Source: Cyanophora paradoxa CCMP329
Lineage: Eukaryota > Plantae > Glaucophyta
DNA: 64,000 nucleotides
Assembly: GCA_004431415.1 (NCBI GenBank)
Contig: QPMI01000513.1
Coordinates: 124,001-188,000, forward strand
Reading direction: 5' to 3'
This document shows, piece after piece, positions 25,257 to 36,120 of the stretch. Below the pieces are notes generated by a model. The model worked only from the letters and a program-made list of their open reading frames with translations. It was not told the DNA's origin and made no database searches. The position numbers and the translations under genes were made by a program. Positions within the stretch are counted from its first letter, which is position 1, and each line of letters starts with the position of its first letter.

Positions 25257-25430
25257 AAATCTTCCGGGCGCGGTTCCAGCTGTAACTAGTTAATATCTAA
25301 ACACCCCGCATGAATTCCAATGGGGGATGGCGGGATGGTTATGAGAAGGGGAGAAGTGGCAAGGGGAGAAGGGGGCAAATGGGGATACTACGATATCTAA
25401 AATCCGAGTGACAGTAAACAGAAGCTAACG

Positions 25431-26221
25431 ATGAAAAAAGCGCACCACCAACAGAAGCCGGATCAATCTTATCCGATTGGGATCGAAAAGAAGAATTCAA
25501 AGCTCCTGCAGCCGAACTCAAATGGAGCACTGGCATCGCTGCAGGAACTTCTGCGCTCGGGCGAGCACTCGGACTTCACGATCGTGGTCGTCCCTTCGCG
25601 GGCGATCGCCGGTGCGCAGCTGCACTGCGCATGCGGCAGGCGCTTCGAAATTCGATTTGCGCATGTCGGCCTAAAATAACACTTGTGCATGCTTTCACAT
25701 TAATATTTGCGCGCGCCTGCGCGACGCAGAGGAGCAGCCCGACGACGTCGCCGCGGGGTCCCGTGCACGTGCGCGTGGCCCCAAAAGAGCCCGCTCTGGC
25801 GCTGGCGATTCGAATTCTGCACGTGTGCGAATTCCTGTCCACACGCTTGTTCTGAAGGTCCTCCACTTTAAACTTGTACATGTATATTATAGTATTGCGC
25901 ATGCGCATCTGTTCGTATTCCTTGCTGAATTTCGCGAAGATGCGTGGCGAGTACTTCAAACGAATGATGTCTTCGGGGATGAAGGAGACACGCTCGGCAG
26001 AGATGCGGATCAAAGGGCGGCACCCCGATGCCATCCGAGCTCTCGTCCATTACCTTTACACTGACGAGGTGCGAAATAGTTTTTAATCCGCCCCCGCCCG
26101 TATGCATTAGAAATTTTAGATCTCGTACGCGTAAACGTACGCGTCGCTTCAAGTTTTAATTCAATGTATACGTTCTCTGTTTGATTTCCAGGTGAAGGAA
26201 CTCGAGCCCGAACTCTGCATC
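25431..26221 (+). pseudogene. BTB/POZ-domain gene, 5' part, interrupted by the viral insertion
   Basis: LQELLRSGEHSDFTIVV, IPVHTLVLK, MRGEYFKRMMSSGMKE...IRALVHYLYTDE. The last exon VKELEPELCI runs straight into non-host sequence. Confidence 0.75.
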
Positions 26222-26489
26222 AAAAAAATGAGATAGTGGGGGTTCCAGCCCACCCACCTCTTTCTCACCCTCACTCCTCCAAACCACCCCAACCCACACA
26301 CTCCAACGCCTTCCAACACACATTCTCTTCCATCCCTTCGTTACGTCTACCACCACAACCTCTCCAAACCAACCATCCAGCAACCGCTAGGTAGTATCTA
26401 ACGTCTAGTCCGATCGATTTTGCAAAAGATATAGCAGTGATTTTAGGCGGACCCCCAAAGCGCCGGTCTCAGAATAATCTTCAGATACA

Positions 26490-26640
26490 GCTAGACGTTA
26501 ATTTTGTGTACTTTGAATCTAACAGAGAAAACATGTTTAGCTCAATTCTAGACGATATTAATGAGTACAATGAAGCTAACAGAGGAAACACGTTTAGCTC
26601 AATTCTAGACGTTAATTGTGTGTATTTCGAATCTAAAAAA
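26490..26640. repeat. Imperfect ~57-bp tandem repeats in the probable left TIR of element A
   Basis: Recurring CTAGACG..., AACAGAG(A/G)AAACA(T/C)GTTTAGCTCAATTCTAGACG units. Confidence 0.6.
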
Positions 26641-26730
26641 CAAAGAGGTTTCAAGGGTTATGCTACACGTAATTACTATATCATCGGAATCTAATTACAT
26701 ACTCGAGTTCAGGTTCTAGCTAGACGCTAA

Positions 26731-27363
26731 TTATTCCCACCGATGACGTAGTCCAAGTTTAGTGAAACCACTTAACATTGGTTTGTATTCGATCGACGGC
26801 CCGACAGGATCAGCGCTGCTAGAGGCGATGCGCAAGATCGATGTGTTTGCTACAGGTAATTCGCTAGCATTCTCATCCACCTCGGGGATTGCGACGATCG
26901 TCTTAGCAGGAACAGCAGATGATGGAGGAGAAAGCTTTTTATCAATTTTGGTCTTAGCAATCGGTTCGTTTAAAATCTTGTTTTCCATTTTAGTCTCAAC
27001 CGCTATACCAGCAATAAGATCACCAGCACGCTTCTTTGAAATTGTTTTCAACCCAGTCACTGTTTTAATGAAATATCTGCTACGATTACCAGTCTCTGAT
27101 ACATACAGCGGACCATCGTCAGTATCCTTCAGTTTACTAGTTTTGCTTTTCTTTGTCCGCGAATTTGGGATATTATCTAGAATAGCGTTTTCGTCGGCAG
27201 TAAGAGCAAAATCGATAGACGCACCCTCACCACCAGCAGTCCGACGAACTAAAGGATAGGATTCAGTATCACCGCTCAAAAATTCAATATTATTCTTTTT
27301 ATTGGGTGAGTTTGTAAGTTTTCTAGAAGCCGAAGGCAAGTAGCCACTTGTGCTACGCACCAT
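26731..27363 (-). CDS. Hypothetical basic protein (element A)
   Basis: 210-aa ATG ORF, co-oriented directly downstream of the penton gene. Confidence 0.6.
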   Translation of the reverse strand: MVRSTSGYLPSASRKLTNSPNKKNNIEFLSGDTESYPLVRRTAGGEGASIDFALTADENAILDNIPNSRTKKSKTSKLKDTDDGPLYVSETGNRSRYFIKTVTGLKTISKKRAGDLIAGIAVETKMENKILNEPIAKTKIDKKLSPPSSAVPAKTIVAIPEVDENASELPVANTSILRIASSSADPVGPSIEYKPMLSGFTKLGLRHRWE

Positions 27364-27432
27364 TTGTTTTAAATAAGGAACAGAAAAAGTCGACAGACAA
27401 GCTGCCTCGGCTGCGCATTCGCGAAAGTGAAT

Positions 27433-28308
27433 TTAAGCAAAACTGCGATCAAACGGATGAAACTCACTATCTGTGTTTCTGATTGACGAGCGAAGTGATG
27501 CCTTTGTGTATGAAGAATCTTCAATTTCGAACTCGATAACGAATGAGAATTCAGTGTTAATAGCTGCAGTAAATCCATTAAAATAACGTATTGACACATC
27601 AAGTTGTTCTAACTCAGAATTATGATCGACGGAAACAGGAACACGTTCATCAGATGTATATTTGATAAGCTCTCCAAATTTCGCATCGATATGAATCTTT
27701 GCCAACGATGTGTTTGTCCAGTTATTTATTGTGTGAATCGAACCACGAATCTGATCGATATGTAGGAAGAGATAAGTATGATAAAGAAGATCAACAGGTA
27801 TATCGCCAACGATAGCAAACGCATAATCAACAGCATCAACTGTGATTGGAGTATCCAGCTGTTCTGCGGAATCTGTAACAGCCTTTGTGAAGCCGAGCAG
27901 ATTTGCGAGTTCAAGAGTGGAAAACGTCAGAGTAAACTCCGATTCACACAAGATTGTGATTTTCATTGAAACATCATCAAAAACCGTTAAGAACTTGCGT
28001 TGGTAAGTACTCCCCAAATAACTGTATTGTTGTGTTTTCAAAAGAACGTTCATATAATTCGTAAGAGATGTTGGAGTATATGATCCAGCTCGAAATAGGT
28101 TCGTTCTGGTTTTAATTACATTGCTAGGATCGAGCGTAATGGTTGTTATTGAAGCATCAGCAGCTAGATTATACATATTGTGAAAAAGTTCTAGCGATTC
28201 AATTCTAGCCGACTTCACGTTTGCTAACGCCCGAGGCAGATTAATTTTGAAATTCGAGGACGTGCCTTCGAACCGATCTCTAGAATCAACATTTACGCGG
28301 AGTTTCAT
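27433..28308 (-). CDS. Minor capsid protein (penton), element A
   Basis: VNVDSRDR...FKINLP...NVKSARIESLE N-terminal motif, YLFLHIDQI, C-terminal LDVSIR...FSFVIEF; adjacent to MCP. Confidence 0.8.
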   Translation of the reverse strand: MKLRVNVDSRDRFEGTSSNFKINLPRALANVKSARIESLELFHNMYNLAADASITTITLDPSNVIKTRTNLFRAGSYTPTSLTNYMNVLLKTQQYSYLGSTYQRKFLTVFDDVSMKITILCESEFTLTFSTLELANLLGFTKAVTDSAEQLDTPITVDAVDYAFAIVGDIPVDLLYHTYLFLHIDQIRGSIHTINNWTNTSLAKIHIDAKFGELIKYTSDERVPVSVDHNSELEQLDVSIRYFNGFTAAINTEFSFVIEFEIEDSSYTKASLRSSIRNTDSEFHPFDRSFA

Positions 28309-28352
28309 CTTTACAACAATATACGTGAAAATATTCTGTAATATAATATCAA

Positions 28353-29581
28353 ATGGCGCAAGCAGGAACTACTCTGAAAGAGCTCCTAACAACCAAAGGA
28401 TCGAACGAGCTTTATCTATCGCCAGGTCTAACTGTCGGTGTTAGCCCAAAGTTTAAGCCTTTCCTTGAGACGATCCGTCCGCGAGGCAACTCATACGGAT
28501 TCGCACAGACTGCTGCTTTCGACCTTCCGCGCAAGCAACTTCTAAATGGCGTCTCCCTATATTTTAAGGTAACAGTCGCTGGTGGAGCTGCCGCTTCGGT
28601 TCTTCCTAATGGTGCTGGTGCATTTATTGAAAACGTACGCTTTGTTCATGGATCTTTCAAAATGGTAATTCCCGGTGATTGGCTTACAGTGAACGCACTG
28701 ATTGATAACAGCGTCGCATCCGCCAAGCTTTTGCTAGCAGCTACGGCTTTGGAAAAGACGCAGCTCTAGAGATTCTCGATGCTAGCCGAGAGTACGTGCT
28801 GAAGATCCCATCACAGCTTTGGGACAATTCATATTTCCCTCTGCTAGCACTTGCGGATATGCCAACCGTCGAGATTGACTTCCGTTCGGCTGGTGTGATT
28901 GGAACTGTTGCTGATGCTATTGCGACTCTAACGGATTGTGCCCTGGTTTGTCAGTTCGTGAATATTCCTAGCGAAGAGGCAGAGTCTATGCTAAAATCTG
29001 CGAACGAGTCTGGCGGTATTAGAATTCCCTTTACTGAAATCATTTCAAAGCGCTCACGCCAGCTTAAGACGGACGACGCAGGAAACGCTGTCGAAATATC
29101 CCTTGCTAACGTTAGCGGCCTTGTGCACGCGATCCTGATGACAGTGCGTAATGCGAATCACCTGGGCACTCGCAATCATAATTCATTTGCCGGTAACGGT
29201 AACGCTTTGAAGATTGATTCGTTTGAGATCATGCACAATAATCGCACTCTCGATATCAGTAATAAGCCAATCTCTGGATTTGTTTCGAGCTGCTATCATA
29301 TCCCAACTCAATATCGCGGAGCAACAACTGGTAATTCAGCCCTTGGTTTTGAAGACGGAAATGTCTATGGTATTGTGCTTTCGAAATCTGGCAAAGACTC
29401 CCTCCACAACGCTGTCCTCGGCTACACAGACTTCTTCAACTCAAGCAGCAGCTACTGCTCCCTCACTGTCACCGGATGTACAAACACCGCACCAGCTGTA
29501 GTCGATTTTCACGTCCTGCGCCACAACGTTCTCGTAATTAATTCATATCAAATGTCGACTCTAAAAGTAAGTAACTTCTAA
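28353..29581 (+). CDS. Major capsid protein (double jelly-roll), element A; frameshift near 28770-28795
   Basis: Two consecutive ORFs (138 + 261 aa) between penton and ATPase; FDLPR, YFPLLAL, similar to the inner-element MCP. Confidence 0.75.
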
Positions 29582-29582
29582 A

Positions 29583-30287
29583 ATGGATATCAAATTGTTT
29601 GATCCAGCAGAAGTAAAACTTCCTAAACGGTTCTTGTTTGTCGGCCCCACCAACTCGGGCAAAAGCACCTACGTAAAACACGTATTAAATGCTGTAGCAA
29701 ATCAGCTAGACGATATTTACGTCTTCAGCACAACGGCATTTACAGAACAGTGGGACGATACCACTCGCAAGAGCAATATTTATGAAGAATGGGATACAGT
29801 TTTGGTTGAAGAACTTTTAGAACGTCAAAAAGAAAGACGACGCAAGAAAGATGATCGAAAAATAGCAATTGTTTTAGATGACTTGCTTGATAATGACCTA
29901 GTAAACGTCCACAGTGACCGATTAATGCAAAAGCTTTTTACTAGCGGAAGACATTACAATATATCGCTCTTTATCACGACACAACGTCTATGTGGCATTA
30001 GTCCGACGATTCGGCGAAATTGCGAATATGTATGCTTTTCGTCGATTCTATCGAATATTAAAGAGTTCGATTGCGTCTTTGCCGAATACAACGCCGGAGC
30101 GAGTCGAGCAGTTTTAATGCGTCTTTTCCTTGAATGGGGTCATTCGTATCAGGTTTTGATATTTGAAGCCGCGACCGTGGACCGCGTCTACTCTGTTGAT
30201 AAATCTTCTGGAGATTTTTCGGCTCTATCAAGCTTTTTACACGCAAGAAAGCGGCCCGGTCGAAAGCCGGCAACCAATCTTGTCTAA
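29583..30287 (+). CDS. A32-like DNA packaging ATPase, element A
   Basis: Walker A GPTNSGKS, Walker B IVLDD, GRHYNISLFITTQ, IRRN. Confidence 0.95.
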   Translation: MDIKLFDPAEVKLPKRFLFVGPTNSGKSTYVKHVLNAVANQLDDIYVFSTTAFTEQWDDTTRKSNIYEEWDTVLVEELLERQKERRRKKDDRKIAIVLDDLLDNDLVNVHSDRLMQKLFTSGRHYNISLFITTQRLCGISPTIRRNCEYVCFSSILSNIKEFDCVFAEYNAGASRAVLMRLFLEWGHSYQVLIFEAATVDRVYSVDKSSGDFSALSSFLHARKRPGRKPATNLV

Positions 30288-30455
30288 GCAACCAACTAGT
30301 ATATTCTGGTTTAGCTGAGGCAATCCACAAATAGCTTGCGCCCTTGTAAATGCCGAAGCTGATGCAGTGGCATGGTGAAAGTTGTGATCTCCCCGGCCAA
30401 CATATTTCTAAATCTTCAATATCCATCAAAAAGATAAAGGGTGTTATTCCTTCAA

Positions 30456-30992
30456 TTAAACCTGTGGAAAGTTCAGACGCAAGAACAGTTTGTCTGCTTC
30501 AGAAGTATTCTCCAAGACATATGCATCACGAGCACGAGCAGCTTCTTCTGCAGTTGAGAAATTGCCAACGTGCTTCAGGCGACCATTTATTTTATAATGC
30601 GCCTGCCATTTACCACACTGCTGATCGAAGCTAACACCTATGAATCCACTCGAGTTATTTCGCCGCCGATTCTGGTTGAGCTGCTGCTGACGAGCAGTTG
30701 CCACACGGAGATTTTCACGTCTGTTATCCAGTTTGTTCAGATTTATATGATCAACTGTCAATCCGTTTTCGAGTTCACCCGAGATATAGTTATGCAAAAA
30801 CACATTCTTTCTATTGATCGTGGTTCGAGCATATCCATAGTTATTTAAACGCCAGCGAAATCCAAGCATACGCTCAGCGTCATCCTGCGACACAAGTGCA
30901 TAGGCAACTACGACTCCATTTCGACCATTCCTACGACCAGTAATTGGAATTAGAGCAACACCTTCAGGGACATCAGGAATTGCGACCTCCAT
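30456..30992 (-). CDS. HNH endonuclease with C-terminal AP2 DNA-binding domain
   Basis: VDHINLNKLDNRRENLR followed by SSGFIGVSF...KWQA...GNFSTAEEAARARD. Confidence 0.9.
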   Translation of the reverse strand: MEVAIPDVPEGVALIPITGRRNGRNGVVVAYALVSQDDAERMLGFRWRLNNYGYARTTINRKNVFLHNYISGELENGLTVDHINLNKLDNRRENLRVATARQQQLNQNRRRNNSSGFIGVSFDQQCGKWQAHYKINGRLKHVGNFSTAEEAARARDAYVLENTSEADKLFLRLNFPQV

Positions 30993-31127
30993 ATTTCTTG
31001 CGCAGCGAGCTGCTTGTCTGCGACTTTTTTGTTACATTTACAGATTGCATTATCTTTAAGCCTAAAAAGTCGCGCTAATTTGTTATAAAAGGATTTATGT
31101 CTCATATTATTGAGATATAAGCGAACA

Positions 31128-31436
31128 ATGAGTTCTGCAGATTATACTGCTGTAAAGCGTGGCCGTGGACGTCCGCCAAAGGTTCGTCTTTTGACAATGG
31201 ATTCATATGAACCAAAGAAGAAGGGTCGTAAGCCAATAGAGGTAACACCGGAGATTTTAGCAGAGCGACGCAGAAAGAATGCTGAACGGAATCGTAAACT
31301 ACGTCATACGAACGAAACATATCGTTTGAAACAGCTTGCCATCACAGCAAAATATCGAGCTGAAAATCCTGATCGTATTCGGGAGTACCACAGAAATGCT
31401 ATTTCGCGTAGATGTCTTGCTAAAGACGTTGCTTAG
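31128..31436 (+). CDS. Small basic AT-hook DNA-binding protein
   Basis: KRGRGRPPK and KKGRKP, Arg/Lys-rich helix; ATG at 31128. Confidence 0.65.
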   Translation: MSSADYTAVKRGRGRPPKVRLLTMDSYEPKKKGRKPIEVTPEILAERRRKNAERNRKLRHTNETYRLKQLAITAKYRAENPDRIREYHRNAISRRCLAKDVA

Positions 31437-32322
31437 CACCAGCTCTAAGCTTTGGCTCTCCTGCAATCTCAAGCTTCTTGAGCTCTCGATCCTTCCGGTT
31501 TTGGCCGCTGTATTTTTTCGTTTCGATCAATCCCTCGCGTCTCAATCGTCTCTGCTGTCGCATTTTCACTTCTTCTTTTTCGATTCGTGTTTGATCAGGG
31601 AGATCACGAGGTTGACGTATTTCAGATGGTTTAACACGCCTAGAAATTTCCACACCTTGCTTTGTAATTAACCTAACGCGGTTCTTATCAGCGCCAGCAA
31701 CTATGTACGTCTCTTTGCTTGGTTTTGCCAGACCCTTCGCAAAAACACTGCTCTTTGGCTCAAGGATCTGCACCTCCGTGCCAGGTTTAGGCATATTTGT
31801 GTTCTCTCGTTCAATATCGTTCTGTCGCTGTCGCACTTGGTGAAGCTGCTCGGCAACCTGTGTATTTTCACGCATCCACGTTGGTGATCGCTCCTCGCCA
31901 AATGCACTGTGGGCTGTCTCATTGTACGCCTTGACAATTGCCGGCAAACGTGAGAGGAAATGCGGTGATCCACGTGCTTCAGTGTCAGCTTGGATAAGTG
32001 CTCGCAATGTCCTAGCGAACCTGTCGATAATTCCAAGTTTGTTACCTTTAGAAATGTGGTCATCTTTGGCAACATCAGTGTGTATTTTCAACGAGTTCTC
32101 TTCGACCATTGCCCGAATCGCAGCTGTGTTAAAACCGTTGTCGGCGGAGAAACCCCAGATCCCTGGCAGTTGCTCAATCATTTTTGGAAGTTGTTTGAAT
32201 GTTTCTATTTTTCGAACGATAGCGAAACGGGTTGCAATTTCTACGGCCGCAAACAGGCGATATCTCCCAATAAATAATACATCAATTTGCCATGCACCAG
32301 GTGGCGCTGTTAGAGTGTACAT
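31420..32322 (-). CDS. RVE-family integrase, element A
   Basis: WQIDVLF, SADNGF, GIIDRFARTLR, YNETAHSA; starts 10 bp after the pPolB stop. Confidence 0.85.
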   Translation of the reverse strand: MYTLTAPPGAWQIDVLFIGRYRLFAAVEIATRFAIVRKIETFKQLPKMIEQLPGIWGFSADNGFNTAAIRAMVEENSLKIHTDVAKDDHISKGNKLGIIDRFARTLRALIQADTEARGSPHFLSRLPAIVKAYNETAHSAFGEERSPTWMRENTQVAEQLHQVRQRQNDIERENTNMPKPGTEVQILEPKSSVFAKGLAKPSKETYIVAGADKNRVRLITKQGVEISRRVKPSEIRQPRDLPDQTRIEKEEVKMRQQRRLRREGLIETKKYSGQNRKDRELKKLEIAGEPKLRAGAKQRL

Positions 32323-32331
32323 CCTTATTAT

Positions 32332-34996
32332 TCAGACACGATTTTTGTAATGCCCAATAGCCCAGGTGTTGATTTTATCATTATCTAGAAAACGCTTCGT
32401 ATCTAGCGGATGCAACGCTTGACGAGAGGTATTTTGCAGATATATTTCATGTCGTTTCGAACGGAAACCGAGAATTCCTTTGATATCATACGATTGTTTT
32501 TCTCCTTTTTTTGGGCAGACACACCGGAGGAATACATCCCTTGTGAGTCTGTTGTAATATGTTTTTTGAATACCTTTGCACACCTGCTTATCTGTGGAAT
32601 CTTCACGCGAATAATAGTAAGATTTCGGCCGGTTAGCGATCCACTCTGTCATTTGTAGACCATGAAGCTCATCCTTGAATAATCCCGGAGTTTTCCCCAT
32701 CGATCGTAGAGCTCGAACCTCATCGGCTGTCATGCCATCAAAGAATCGATGTGTCTCTGGGTAGTCGCTAACATCCAGCTCATGCTTGATTGAGCGTAAA
32801 TCAGCATAGATATCTTTGGTGCGAACCTCGATGATGAGACTGTCAGTATCAGTTCCAAGTAGCTTAAGCCGATGACCCCAAAGCGGTTTGAGCACCTGAT
32901 AGTAGAAGCGATACATGTGCAGCTTGGACAATTCGAGAATGACAAATCCACAGTAAATTGGTTTATTTAAATTATACTCACTTTTTCGCTTGGAAACGAA
33001 TACAAGGTTCTCTTCGTACATCACCACCTGCTTCAACCGATTTGGTTCGCTGTTTATCTTTGCCAAACGATCACCAGATGTAACAAGCTCGGAGAAACAG
33101 TGTTTTCTCACGTTCTCCATCGTCTTTCCGAATACACTGTTATTCATTAACTTGAAGAGATCCTGTTTGTATTTGTGATCAGCACGCTTGCGTTCACTTG
33201 TATTAAGATCGATGAAATCGTTCAGCCACGCACTTTGTTCGTACGATTAAACACGGTGGATGTTGGTTACAATCATTCCCAGTGTAGTATAAAGCTTAAG
33301 CAAACGCCCATCAACAACATAATTCTTCTTTGGCAACAGGTTTGGAACCAATTTTGGGGTTCTTTCGACTGAAGTAAGCTTTTCGTTGTTAATCATATCC
33401 TGCTGTTGTTTCGATAGATGATCTATGGACACGCACATTCGTTCAGGAGCTAGTGGATAATCTGAGAAATCATCGTGGAGATGGTCAGGCATGTACATAT
33501 CAACTTCTAGAGCATAGCCACGAGGACCATCAGCGTCAAGGTTTTCAACGAACTGCATAGCATCAACATCTTGATCGAGTTTTTCCCAGCGGAAACCTCC
33601 AGTGGGGAGTTTTTGTTTCATAGCAACGCCATACAGATTATTCGCATCAAGGTACATCAGCCACGATTCTTTGCCTGTTTTTTCGTAGTTTTGCACACAT
33701 TCAATCTGGGTTGCTGATTCATCAGCATGCGTATATTTTCCAAATTTCTTTAAAATTGTCGCTGCTTTTGCTGCTTTCTTTTTATTCTTTGCAATCACTC
33801 TTGAACTCATGTCTTTTACGTGTTTCAGGAACTCGTTATCAGCTTTAGCGTATCTCTTTGATATCATGCTGATGCCACCCCTAATTCCTGATTCTATGAA
33901 TCTATACATATCTTGTTGTCCCTCGTGAAAAAGCTCAAGCTTAATTCCTGTGCGTTTAAGAGCAGCTTGCCAAGCGAATCCTGGTGATGATATGAAATAG
34001 CTTGGATCTAATCCATACGTTTCCATGCATGTATCACGATAGTTTTCAAATACATCGGCAAGTAACGAAATGTCAGTATTCATATATTCCATAGTATAGT
34101 CTGATATCGTTCTACATGCAAGCTTTCTCCAAACGATCTGAGCATGTGCGTACTCGTCTTTTGAGCATTTCTTTTGTTTTAGTTCGTTCTTAAAGTATCG
34201 ACGTACAGGTAGTTCTGTTTCTTGAAAACGTTGCCAGCTTGATATATAGCTATATGGATATATCCCTTGCTTGTCATCAACTCGAATCTAGTATCATCCG
34301 GATACATTGTGCGCGTGATCTTCTTCTTCTCCGCTGGGACCGCTTTCGCTAGATCATCCAAACTAGCATTCAAATGTTGCATCGAATCACGAAGTACATA
34401 AATTCCATACTTAAACTGTGATATCTTCTCGCTATTCTGAAAGGTTTGATCAAATTTGATCGAAAGGAGACTCTGCGGGCGGAGCCGGCGTTCGAGCCCC
34501 TTCTTAACCTTCTTTTTCTGCTCTGGGGTCATCTCACGTCCACCGTACTTGCTTTGAAACTCACTTTCGACATGTGCTTGAAACTCAGCCCAAGCTGCTG
34601 AACGGCGGTTTTTGCCAGATGCTATTGCTCTCACGAACAGGTGAAAGTCAAATCCACGACCATTATGAAAGAATATAGGAACAGCAGCAGATTTTGCACG
34701 GCGGCGATTGCAAGCACGACAGGCTGCTCCAATGTATTTACCTGTATCATGACAGTGATCACGGTGCTTGTCTTTGATATCTTTGAACGTGTTTTTGCAC
34801 ATATAACAGTCTGTCGTTGTTTGAAAACACTGTTCCTCTTCCGGATTCATCTGGATTGGTACACTTGCTTTGAGAAGTTCTCTAAATTGTGGTTCCATTT
34901 CGTCAAGCCATTTTACGAACTTATCAGCACAGTCTTCATTCTCGGAACCCATACATTTAAATGAAAACTGTTCGCCTTTCGAAGATACAACCAGAC
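32332..34996 (-). pseudogene. Protein-primed DNA polymerase B of element A, 3' part (frameshifted, cut off by element B)
   Basis: RDHCHDTG (EndoVII-like), ExoII FHNGRGFD, ExoIII YMNTD, YLDANNLYG, MNNSVFGK, TDTDS across three ORFs. Confidence 0.92.
34991..34996 (+). repeat. Left 6-bp target-site duplication CCAGAC
   Basis: Identical hexamer at 62483-62488 immediately outside the TIRs. Confidence 0.95.
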
Positions 34997-36104
34997 ACAC
35001 ATAGTAAAATGCGGAGTTTTAACCCTCGGCTTATCTTAATTGATTTTGTTGATATATCTCGTATATTCTATTTCAATCAATCGATAATCTGTGTATATCT
35101 TATCGAATATTCATTTATTTCGTTTATTTTGTATTCTTTTCGATATTTTATCGTAAATTTCTCTTATTTTCCGATTAGTCTTACTGAGTCTATCGATAAT
35201 CTGTATATATTTCCGAATAATATAACTGAATCTCAATTAGATCTTGCCTCTGGTTAAAACTCCGCATTTTACTATGTGTGATTGGTCTAAAAGTTAATTG
35301 ATTTAATCGATATTATATTCATGTACTTTCTCGATTAAAATTTAATTAAATTTAATTCATTTAATCGGAAATATATCGCTAAACTCGATTAAGATCCATA
35401 AATGATTCATTTGTTTATATTAACAAATCGATCTCTTATTGAATTCAATCGTAATTATACATGAAACTTATATGATTTTATCATTGTTTTGTTGAGTCTA
35501 AGGGGGGACCCTTAGAAAATTGGGTGTGACAGGTGTGACAGGTGTGACAGGTCAATCCCAAGGAAAGTCCTAGTGAGAAATTGATTTTTAAAATCCACGG
35601 GATAAACCTGTCACACCTGTCACACAAACCATATTCAGTAAGGACCTCATATATTGTGAAAATCTCAGTGTTAGTTGTTGTTAAATCTTTCAGGCAGCAT
35701 TTATTTGTCAGGCATTAAATCTATCGATTTTCATAAAGTATTTTATTTTGGCTAAGTCATTGTTTGGATTAACAATGAAATTTCAATTTTATAAAAGTTT
35801 TCTAAAAAGGTGCCTGACAATGCCTGACATACTATATTAGTGCCTGACAACTATATTATAGTGCCTGACAAACCATATATGGTAATACTATATGTTATAA
35901 CCTACTTTCTCAGTGTTAGTTGGTGTAGTTGATTCAAATAATGCATTTTATACTCTGATTCATTGTTATTTCCTGTGAAATTTGAGTCAACTCAACCCAC
36001 TTAGTCAACCCTTGCATTGAATTCGTAACAAAATCCATATACTATCGATTAATATGAGTCAACCTTGAGTCCACTTTAATAATAGGGGAATCTTGGGAGA
36101 TGCT
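34997..36104 (+). repeat. Left terminal inverted repeat of element B
   Basis: Reverse complement of 61379-62482, with single-base indels in homopolymer runs; begins ACACATAGTAAAATGCGGAG. Confidence 0.95.
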
Positions 36105-36120
36105 TATTAGATGCTATTAA

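Noticed and set aside
1500-25300. Many long Arg/Gly/Pro/Ala-rich ORFs on both strands
   Set aside because: Artefacts of very high GC content and intron read-through; the real genes are spliced.
26437-26694. 85-aa ORF with an internal repeat
   Set aside because: Lies in the tandem repeats of the probable TIR of element A and has a non-ATG start.
28353-29581. Programmed frameshifting in both MCPs and other split viral genes
   Set aside because: The two TIRs differ by homopolymer indels, indicating read errors, and the breaks are scattered. This cannot be separated from error or decay without accurate reads.
34961-35257. ORF duplicated at 62222..62503, and ORF 61728..61961
   Set aside because: Chance ORFs inside the non-coding TIRs; their starts depend on flanking DNA or repeats.
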